From Thecamonas trahens ATCC 50062 (lineage: Eukaryota > Protista > Apusomonadida), in the NCBI RefSeq assembly GCF_000142905.1, contig NW_013657656.1:217758-281757 (forward strand): a DNA stretch of 64,000 nt, given 5' to 3'. Of the stretch, positions 52,248 through 61,198 are shown piece by piece; position 1 is the first letter of the stretch, and every line of letters begins with the position of its first letter. The translations under genes were made by a program, and so were the position numbers. A model generated the notes under the pieces. That model had not been told where the DNA came from. It searched no databases and saw nothing but the letters and a program-made list of their open reading frames with translations.

Positions 52248-53810
52248 TCATTCCACGCTCGCGGCAGTGCTCGGCCCGCCACCATCGTCCAGGAGCACAG
52301 TGGCAGCAGTCGCAACGGTCGCCCCGGCTGTGCCGACCACCACAGTGGTGGCCGCGGCAGCTGCAGCAGCTGCAGCGGTAGGCTGCGGCGGTGGCGTGGG
52401 AGCCAGCGGCACCACCCGCGCGTCTACCGGGAACGGCGGGATAACAGCAAGTGCGGCGAGGAGCGCCGACGCCTCTGGTCGCGCGTCTGGATCCTCAGCC
52501 CAGCTCGAGGTGATGATGTCGGTGAGGACGCCTGGCATGGCCGTCGGCAGCTTCGGGCGCTCCTTCTCGACCGCGACTTTCATCACTAGCTGGACTCGCG
52601 AGTACTTGTAGATGATGCGGCCGTCGCCGGCGCGGACCGCAAACGGCGGTGTCCCGGTGAGCATCTGATAGAGGACCATGCCAAACGAATACATGTCGAC
52701 CTTGTGCGAGTACCGCTCGTCGCGGACAACCTCGGGCGCCAGATACAGCGGCGTACCGATGACCGTCATTGTCGAGTCGGAAGAGACCCGCGAGACACCA
52801 AAGTCGGCGATAACCGCGCGCAGCGAGTTGTCGACCAGGATGTTGCCAGGCTTGAGGTCGCGGTGGATGATTGCCGGCTCGACTGCATTGTGCAGGTAGT
52901 CGAGTCCAGTCAACACGCCGCGCGCGATAACGAGTGCGTCGGCAATTGGAAGAGCGCCCGGCGCAAGCATCTCCTCCAGCGACCGCGGCACGTACTCCAT
53001 GACCATCATCCGTGGCGACGCCGCCAGGCAAACCCCATGTACCCTCAGCACATTCGGATGGTCAAGCTGTAGCAGCAACGCAGCCTCGTCGTAGAACATC
53101 TGGGTGGCCAGTGCTGAGGTCTTGAACAGTGTCTTGACCGCCACCTGCACACCGGTCCGGCTCGCCCCGGAGCCGGTCATCAGCCGGGCCAATCGAACCT
53201 CACCCGATGCGCCGACGCCAAGCAACTTGCCAACCACAACGTCGGTCACCGCCAGCGCGCGTGCTTCCAGTAGCGCGTGCTTGCTCGCGCGCTCCTCCAG
53301 CGTGTCGATCCGCTTCTTCCGCCGCCCCATTCGCCCAGGCTTCCTGCTCCCGTCGATCCGCTTTAGACGCTTGCTTGCCGGCGGCGCATCAGGAGTGCAG
53401 CACTCCTCTGCTTGCCGCTTGGTCTCGACGACGGCCGCGTTGCCGTGGATTGGTGCGTCGCGGAGCGGCGAGAGTGGCCTGCGATAGCGGCGGACAGCTG
53501 CGGCAGTTTCTGACGTTGGCGGCAGCGAGGCGAGGTACGCCAGCGCATCGGTGATGAGCGTCCGCGCCTGCTCGCGGGCCTCGGGTGGAATAGAGAAGCT
53601 GATCTCTGTGTTCGAAAGCCTCCCGGTCTCCAGCACCTCCTTGATGGATGTCAGCGACTTGAGCGAGACGGCGCCGTCTGCGGTGGCATACGGCAGCTTC
53701 CAGCTCGCCTTGCGCTTCGGGTTACCGACCACCAGAAACGACGACATCGGCAGCTGCGACCGTTTGTTACATGCCAGTACGCCGTCAACCACATACCGTC
53801 TGCTCGCCAT
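52248..53810 (-). CDS. TKL-group Ser/Thr protein kinase with an unusual N-terminal domain
   Basis: LGVGASGEV, VAVK, HRDLKPGN, DFG, GTPLYLAPE, DMYSFG, W..DPDARP. Confidence 0.88.
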   Translation of the reverse strand: MASRRYVVDGVLACNKRSQLPMSSFLVVGNPKRKASWKLPYATADGAVSLKSLTSIKEVLETGRLSNTEISFSIPPEAREQARTLITDALAYLASLPPTSETAAAVRRYRRPLSPLRDAPIHGNAAVVETKRQAEECCTPDAPPASKRLKRIDGSRKPGRMGRRKKRIDTLEERASKHALLEARALAVTDVVVGKLLGVGASGEVRLARLMTGSGASRTGVQVAVKTLFKTSALATQMFYDEAALLLQLDHPNVLRVHGVCLAASPRMMVMEYVPRSLEEMLAPGALPIADALVIARGVLTGLDYLHNAVEPAIIHRDLKPGNILVDNSLRAVIADFGVSRVSSDSTMTVIGTPLYLAPEVVRDERYSHKVDMYSFGMVLYQMLTGTPPFAVRAGDGRIIYKYSRVQLVMKVAVEKERPKLPTAMPGVLTDIITSSWAEDPDARPEASALLAALAVIPPFPVDARVVPLAPTPPPQPTAAAAAAAAATTVVVGTAGATVATAATVLLDDGGGPSTAASVE

Positions 53811-53932
53811 GTCCCTCTCTGTCTGTGGGAGAGGTGAACCACTGTACGTCACGGAAGCGTGTTGGCACAGGCCATGGTATGCATGGCAGCACCAACACTG
53901 AACTGAAGGGAGAGACGAACACTCGATGAGAC

Positions 53933-54097
53933 GATGGACCATGCAGACAAGGAGTCAGACGATGGACCATGCAGACAGGGAGTCAGACGATGGACCACAC
54001 AGACAGGGAGTCAGACGATGGACCACACAGACAGGGAGTCAGACGATGGACCATGCAGACAGGGAGTCAGACGATGGACCATGCAGACCAGTCAGAC
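53933..54097. repeat. 28-bp minisatellite, ~6 copies (GATGGACCAYRCAGACAGGGAGTCAGAC)
   Basis: Contiguous units at 53933, 53961, 53989, 54017, 54045 and 54073 (last one shortened); no spacers. Confidence 0.95.
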
Positions 54098-54212
54098 GAT
54101 GAATCAAACGATGACGCAGACAATGAATCACAGTGTACGAAAGGACGAACAAGTTCATTGCCCACATTGTTCATTGGCGCCACCTCACACCAACCACTTC
54201 CTCCACCCACCC

Positions 54213-54247
<35 letters not shown>

Positions 54248-54316
54248 GCATACCACCTCGTAGTCTATCCCCTCGTCACTCCCTCCATCACAGACATAGT
54301 CACTCTACACATACAC

Positions 54317-57300
54317 ATGCCTCGTCCATACCCGCTACAGAACCTCCTCGTCCTCGCCCTCGCTCTTGCTGGTGTCACACTCGCTCTGTCGCTGCCCGGT
54401 GCTGATGCTGCTTGTGGTCGGTGCCTGGCTGGCTCATGCTCGGATCCGGTCTGTGTCTGTGCAAGTTCAGCTGTCACAGAAGCTGATTGTGGCCTGTGCG
54501 TCTCGCCGGAGACCTTTGCCGGAATGGACTGTCAAGACGCCTCACCCGCCCATGTCTATCCGCACCGCCTCCTTTTCCGCACGCTGCGAATCGCTCGCGG
54601 CTTGGCACAGCGCTGGTCGCTGACACTGACATGCTTGTTGTTGGTGCGCCCGACGTCGACGCTGTCTTCCTCTATCCGCTGACTGACGGCGCTGCCTCGC
54701 CCCTCGTCCAGCCTGCTTCACTCTCGGGGCCGCCCGCCTCGGGCTTTGGCTCCTCCGCCGTTCTCGGCTCAGCCATGATCGCTATTGGAGCGCCGAACGG
54801 ATCGCCATCCCATATAGGCGGTGAGGTGCACGTCTATGCCCGCACTGGCGCTGTGGCTGGTGTGTTTCTCGGAATCGTTGCGCCCGACGAGGCCTATGTC
54901 GGCCTTGTCGGCATCGCCGGCCTCGAGTTTGGCGCCAGCCTCGCCTGGTCTGAGCCCATTGGTATGCTTGCTATTGGCTTACCGGGCTACAACCCGGGCA
55001 GCACGCCCGGTGCTGGCGGCGTGGTCGTCGTATCGTCGGCGGCCGGTCCAGGCGGCTCGTGGGCGCCGGCAAGCGTCGTCGCCTCGCCCGTCCTGGTTGC
55101 TCCGTCCTCTGCCAGTCGCACCGGTGGCCGAACCGGCGCCGCCGTGGCTTGGCTCAGCTCTGCTGGCCGCGCAGTGGTATTTGTGGGTGAGCCGGGTGAC
55201 GGCGCTGGTGCGCTGCCGACCAACGCCGGGCGGGTGCACGCATTCTTTGCCAACAACCCGGCGAGCGCGGCCGCCTTTTCGCAGCCGGCTTATCTTGCCG
55301 CCTTTTCGCCGCCGACGTACTCAACTAGGTGCCGCATTGCCACCGCGCCGTCAACCGCCGGCTCACGGTTTGGGGCGTCACTTGCCGCCGGCCCGAGTGG
55401 CGTCCTGGTGGTTGGCTCGCCCGGCGTTGCGACCACATGCGTCTTTCGACCGGCTTCCGACCCTGCGTCATCGCCGTTTGCCAGTATGGTCGATGTCTCC
55501 TCCCTCGAGCTTCCGTCGGGGGCACCAGGCGACGCCAGCTCAACGTTTGGCGCGGCTGGCCTGCTCGCCCGCAAAGACGTGGTCTTTGTGGGAACACCGT
55601 CGGCGACTCGGACCGCGCCGACGGTCGCTGCGGCAGCGGGCATGGTATTTGCCTATCACATCCCGGGTATGACCGACTACGACGCAGCTTTGCCTGTCAC
55701 GGCGACCGTGCTCGAGATTCTTGCGCCGGTAGGGGCCAGCGCACCGAGCGCCAGCTTCGGCGCTGCGCTCGCGTCTGGCCCGCTGGCAGCCTCCCACATG
55801 TACGTCAGTGCGCCGGGTCTCCCCTCAATGGCCAACGAGGCAAACTCGGGTGGCGTCCTTCCTGTGCGGACGCGCTACTGCCTCGCCGGCCAGTACGTGA
55901 CCGACACGGAGTGTCTGCCGTGCCCGGCTGGTGACTTCCGGCCATCACTCAGCTACGCGGGAACGTGTCTCCCGTGTCCGATCGGGTCGTACGCCAACGC
56001 CGCATCCGGAGCAACTAGATGTGAAGAGTGTCCGCGGGGCACGTTCCGTGACACCGCCGGTGGCGCTCTCGTCGACGCGTGCACACCGTGCCCGCTGGGC
56101 ATGTATGTCAACGCCACCGGCGAGGCCTCATGTCTCCTCTGTCAGTCGGGCAGCTACGCCGACACCGAGGGCTCGTCGACTTGCGCCGCGTGTCCGGTCG
56201 GCGGCGATTGTCGGGCCCTCGGTGTCGGCATTCCGCAAGCACTACCGGGCTACTGGCGCGACACAAGCGCGTCCGGCTACGTCTTTACCCAGTGCCAGGC
56301 ACCAAGCTCGCGATGTGCCGGGCGCAACCAGTGTGCGGCCAACTGGGTCAATCCGCCGCTCTGCTCCGACTGCGCACAGGGCTACTTTCTCAAGCAGGAC
56401 TACACCAGTGACCCGCAGTGTGCCAAGTGTCCCAAGTTTATCATGGCCTACGTCGCCGGCATCATCATCATTGTCCTGAGCGTCTCGGTGACGCTGGTTA
56501 ACCTCGCGCGGAGCGCCACCGTCTTTATGACCTCGATCGGAGTCGGGCTGAACTTTATCCAGATTGCAGCCGTGCTCTCGACCTTTGACGCCGGCTGGCC
56601 GCAGCAGACCCAGAAGTCGCTCAACTATCTCACGCTCTTCAACCTCAACCTCGAGCTCTTTTCCATCGAGTGCGTGCAGTCGACCGGACTCTCGGTCGCT
56701 GGCAAGCTGATGGTCAAGCTCGCGCTCCCGCTCCTCTTCCTCTTGATATTTCTCATCATGTACTGTGTGGTCAAGATCTTCTACAAGTGCCGGCTCTCGT
56801 CGGTTGCCGAGGGCTCGGGGACGCAGTCTGTGGCGAGCGGGGCGCACACGGTGGCGGTTGCATCAACCTCGCAGTTCCGCTCGCGCTCGCTGCTGAAGAA
56901 TGCCAAGACGTGGGAATGGGCGGTGGTCAACGCTTCGCTCTCGATGCTCAACCTCATCTACATCTCAATTACGCTGACGTGCATGGAGGTGTTTGACTGC
57001 GAGGACGAAGACGGTGACGGAGTCTTCCGCATGCGGTCACAGCCAGACGTCAACTGCTACACCGCTCAGTGGCGCAAGATCCGGCTGTACGCCCTTGTCG
57101 GCGGCGGGGTGTACGGTCTCGGCATCCCGATGCTCTTCTTCTTCCTTCTCAAGTCGCGGTCATCCAAGCTCCACCGGCGGTCGGCTGTGCTCCAGCTCGG
57201 TCTCCTCTACCGCAAGTACACCAAGTACTCGTACTTGTGGGAGCTGGTCATTATTCTCCGCAAGATTGTGGTTGTCGGCGTCAAGCTCTTCTCCTCGCAA

Positions 57301-58725
57301 TTTTCCGAGGTGACCCGCATGCAGATTGTGTTTCTGGCCATGACATTCTTCTTCCTCCTCCAGTGGGTGCTCAAGCCGTATCAGTCCCGGCGGGCAAACC
57401 GGCTGGAGCTCTTTACGCTCTTTTGCGTCATCGGCGTCCTCCTCTGTGGCCTCTTCTTCCAAAAGGCGCTCGGGATGACGCCGTCGACAACGGAGCGGTT
57501 TCTGGTCGGCTACGTGGTGCTCGGCATTGTTGGTGCCGCGCTGATCGCCATTGGCTTTGTCATTGGATACGACTTCCGCAACGCGCGGCGGATGAAGAAG
57601 CGCGGCATGGTCGGTGCGTATGCTACCGAGGACGTCCAGGTCTACCCCCACTTCTTCCGCTCGGGCCTCCGCATGGCCTCCGAGTGCCGGATGGTGACGA
57701 CGACCGACCACTTTTCGAACCTAATGGTCTCTTACACGTACGACGTGTACACCCGGACGCCACGGCCGCGGATCGAGGTCCGCGGCGCGGCCCGCAATCG
57801 TTTTGGCAACGTCCGGTCGTCGTACTTTGACGGCCGGGTTCAGATCCAGCATGATGCCACTGAGAACCTGTACATCGCCTCGGCGCTCTTCCCACACCCG
57901 GGCAACTACGTGCTGCGGTTTGCCGGCGGCGTCCCTCTCGAGCCACCGTCGGGATGCTGCACACGCCGGCTCACCGACCGTGCGCGCGAGGAGCGCGAGT
58001 CGCTCTGGCACCCCAAGCGCATCCTCATGGACTACGCGCTGGTGGTGACCGAGGCGGCAGCAACTGGTGACCAGCAGCAGTTTACCGACCTCGAGCGCCT
58101 GCGTGGGCGCAATGGCCTCCTCTTCTCGCCGGTCGAGCAGTATCTTGTCGCCGGTGCCGTCTTCTTCCGCATCAAGATCCCGCACGCCCACGGCGTGGTC
58201 GTTCTGCAGGACGAGGGCGCGTCCGAGACCCACCTCATCAAGGAGAAGCGGGCATCGTACTCGGCAGACACCTTCCACGCCGACACCTACTCGGGCGACG
58301 TGGCCCTGGTTCCCGGCCGGGTCACAGTGGTGGCCTTTATGCGCGACGACACGCTCGAGGCCGCCATGAGCTCGTCGCACGGCGGCGGGCGCCGCCGCCG
58401 CCAGCGCGCCTCGGGTACAGGCGGCGAGCTGCAAGACATCCAGCTGCTGGAGTATGTGGCGGTCGAAGGCGGGACTGGCGTTCAGTCGCCGTCAGGTGGA
58501 ACCGTTGACGCGCGCCATGGTCGCGGCCGCCGGCGCAACACGGTCACTGGCGGCATCGCCGCGCCGCACCCGAGCCATGGCGCTGCTGGTGCAACGACGG
58601 CTCTGGCTGCGTACGATTTTCTGGACGAGGAGCGCCCAGTCTCGTACTATGACGAAGACGCCGGGGTCGGCCTCGACACCGTCGACGTGACCATGCTCGG
58701 CTATGCCGACTTTTCGTCGTCGTAG
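54317..58725 (+). CDS. Multi-pass receptor-like protein: signal peptide, FG-GAP-like repeats, GCC2/GCC3 Cys repeats, ~8-10 hydrophobic segments, C-terminal Ig-like modules; frameshift near 54555-54562
   Basis: LVVGAP, FGSS..IAIGAP, FGASL..AIGLP, VFVGEP, FGASL..VVGSP, YVSAP; repeated CxxCPxG(S/T)(Y/F); TM region with LYRKY....YLWE..IILRK and KPY....NRLE. Confidence 0.8.
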
Positions 58726-58729
58726 CCCG

Positions 58730-59383
58730 TCACCGGTCAAGGGTGTGCAGCGGCGCCGGATGGGCCGGCACCGCGTTGAGGTGGCGAAGCTCGCCAGTGT
58801 CGGGTGTAAACCGCAGAAAGTAGGTGTGCAGCACGCGGTTGATGCGATCGGTGAAGTCAGACGGGCCGAGGAGAAGCGTGTGATGCAGGCCCGTGGCAAT
58901 GTACGCGCCGAGAGCCGCCAGAGCCACCAGGAGCGGCAGCGAGTGGACGAGCCACGGCAGCGAGAGCCAAGCGGCTGGCGGCGGCTCCGAGCAGACATAA
59001 AGCGCGGCGTAGATGTTTGCAGCGACGAGGAGGCCCAAGATGGTCAGATACCGGGCACGGAGACTCCGCAGATGGCGCAGATGCTCGCTCATCCGAGCCT
59101 CAAACACAAAGATGTCTTCGAGCTGAGCCATCCGCTCTGGGTGGTACTCGGCCGCCGCACTCGCGCCACCTCCTCCTGCCGCCCCTGCGCCCGCCTTCGG
59201 TCTGCCGCTCGAGCCACGCATCCTCGCCCCGCTTCCTCTTCCTCTACTTGCTTCGCCCGTGCTGCCTCCCTTTGGTCGACCCATCCGCTTGGCCGCCGCA
59301 CGCAGAATGGCTGCTGTGTTGTCTGTCGTCGCCGCCGCAGACGCCGCCACAGCCTCGGCCGTCAGCCCAGCGCGTTGTGACAT
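58730..59383 (-). CDS. CNEP1R1: CNEP1R1/TMEM188 (Spo7-like) regulatory subunit of the Nem1/CTDNEP1 phosphatase
   Basis: EDIFVFEARMSE (cf. EDLKAFERRLTE), two TM segments, G.H....PS....R...VL..Y......TG.L. Confidence 0.7.
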   Translation of the reverse strand: MSQRAGLTAEAVAASAAATTDNTAAILRAAAKRMGRPKGGSTGEASRGRGSGARMRGSSGRPKAGAGAAGGGGASAAAEYHPERMAQLEDIFVFEARMSEHLRHLRSLRARYLTILGLLVAANIYAALYVCSEPPPAAWLSLPWLVHSLPLLVALAALGAYIATGLHHTLLLGPSDFTDRINRVLHTYFLRFTPDTGELRHLNAVPAHPAPLHTLDR

Positions 59384-59395
59384 TCGGAGGTGGAA

Positions 59396-59444
59396 GGGGG
59401 TGGGGTGGGGTGGGGTGGGGTGGGGTGGGGTGGGGTGGGGTGGG
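59396..59444. repeat. (GGGGT)n array with G-quadruplex potential
   Basis: About nine consecutive G-runs just upstream of the CNEP1R1 start. Confidence 0.85.
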
Positions 59445-59578
59445 TAGAGTGGTCTGTGGTGTGGTCGTCGTCGCCGTCGCCGTCGTCGTCGTCGCTGCCT
59501 TGTCACCGGGTGCCAGCACGCCTGGCCCGGTCTGACTCGGGTCGGGGAGAGGATATGACCCGAGAGCCGCGGATGGGT

Positions 59579-60982
59579 TTAGTTATCGGGGGCCTTGGCG
59601 ATGTCCATGGTCTGGGGCTTGTCGGCGGCGGGTGCGTAGCTCGGTGACGTTGGTGCGTAGGTCGGTGACGACGGGGTAAAGCCGGCAGAGCTCGAGGCAG
59701 GAGCGTAGCCGAGTGATGACGGGGTAAAGCTGGGTGTCTCCGTCGCAGGCGCATAGCCTGGTGATGAGGGCGCGTAGGTCGGCGATGACGGGGTGAAGCC
59801 TGACGGCTCCGTGGCGGGTGTAAAGCCGGCCTGCCCAGCGGGGGTGAAGCCTGGCGTAGCCGCAGGCGTAAAGCCGGCAGTCGGCTCTGCCGCCGCAGGG
59901 GCGTGGGTCGGCGATGACGGTGCGTAGGTGGGTGAAGATGGCGCAAATCCAGTGCGGCTGGCCGCAGGCGCGTAGCCTGGAGACGACGGCGCGTAGGCCG
60001 GCGACGACGGGGCGTAGCTCGCAGTCTCGGTTGCAGGTGTAAAGCCAGTGGTGGGTGACGACGGCGCGTGTTTGGGAGACGACGGCGCGTAGCCGGATGC
60101 CGGTGGTACGCCGGCCGGGACGTAAGGTGCGGACGTGGCGCCGTAGCTGGGCGATGCCGGGGCGTAGCTCGCGGTCTCGGTCCGGCTTGTGCTGGGTGTG
60201 TAGCCGGTGTGCGGTGGGGCGGACTTTGCCGGCGTGGAGCCGCCTTGGTCGATGCGGAAGGTGGTCGACGAGCCAGCCATGGGGTCCTCGGTCCCGGACT
60301 TGCCGGATCCGTGGGCAAAGTTGACTCTGATGAACGAGCCTTCAAAGATGGTGCAGTGCATGGCGGCGATGGCGCGCTGGACGGCATCCTTCTTGTCAAA
60401 GGTGATAAAGCCGTAGTTCTTGTCGGGGATTTGGCGGAACTCGAGCACGTCGCCAAACTGCGAGAAGGCTTGGTACACGCTCTGCCGCGTTGTCTCGCGC
60501 GATAGCCCGCCCACATACACCGTGTATTCGGCATCCTCCCGCGCCCGCTTCCCGCGCCCTCCCTCGCCCACATCGCCATCGCCCAGGCCCTTGGCCACCT
60601 TGGCCGCCCCTCCGCCATCGCCACGGCCTTCATCGCTGTCCTCGCGTCGCCGCTTGCTCCCGACCTCGCCGCTGCCGCAGCCTGTCGCTGTCGCCGCCTC
60701 GGCCGCCGCTGTCTCCGCCGCTGCAGCAGCAGCAGCAGCCTTGGCCTCAGCCTCAGCCGCAACAGCCTTCTCCGCCGCAGCCTTGGCCTCGGCCTCGGCG
60801 CGCGCCCGTGCTGCCTCGGCCTCAGCCGCCGCCGTCGCCGCCGCCTTTCGCGCAGCTTCGGCCGCAGCCTCGCGGGCTGCCTTGGCCTCGGCCGCCCGCG
60901 CCGCCCGCCATGCCGCAGCTGCACGGTACTTGCTCGTCAGTCCATCCTCCTGTACCGTCAGTGTCACTGCACGTGTGCTCAT
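59579..60982 (-). CDS. RRM protein with Ala/Glu coiled coil and C-terminal CTD-like heptad repeats
   Basis: RNP2 VYVGGL, RNP1 KNYGFITF, IRVNFA; YAPSSPx repeats. Confidence 0.85.
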   Translation of the reverse strand: MSTRAVTLTVQEDGLTSKYRAAAAWRAARAAEAKAAREAAAEAARKAAATAAAEAEAARARAEAEAKAAAEKAVAAEAEAKAAAAAAAAETAAAEAATATGCGSGEVGSKRRREDSDEGRGDGGGAAKVAKGLGDGDVGEGGRGKRAREDAEYTVYVGGLSRETTRQSVYQAFSQFGDVLEFRQIPDKNYGFITFDKKDAVQRAIAAMHCTIFEGSFIRVNFAHGSGKSGTEDPMAGSSTTFRIDQGGSTPAKSAPPHTGYTPSTSRTETASYAPASPSYGATSAPYVPAGVPPASGYAPSSPKHAPSSPTTGFTPATETASYAPSSPAYAPSSPGYAPAASRTGFAPSSPTYAPSSPTHAPAAAEPTAGFTPAATPGFTPAGQAGFTPATEPSGFTPSSPTYAPSSPGYAPATETPSFTPSSLGYAPASSSAGFTPSSPTYAPTSPSYAPAADKPQTMDIAKAPDN

Positions 60983-61198
60983 GGCTGGCCGGGGTGGTGG
61001 AGTGAGGTGGCCTCACGTCCACAGCCGACGAGCTTGTCACCCCCGGCTCGGCGGCAGCTGGAGCCGTCGCATACGATTGATTGGCTTTACGCCCATATTA
61101 GCGGGTCTCGACAGCGTACATGGTGTATGCGATCTGGGTATGTTGTTGTCTATGCAGGAGGACCGAAGCTTGGGCTTGCAATCATTCCCAGGCCGGGG

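Noticed and set aside
53933-54097. 28-bp repeats as a CRISPR array
   Set aside because: Units are contiguous with no unique spacers, there are no cas genes, and the context is eukaryotic.
58730-60982. Functional link between CNEP1R1 and the CTD-like RRM protein
   Set aside because: CTDNEP1/Nem1 acts on lipin despite its name; the adjacency is probably coincidental.
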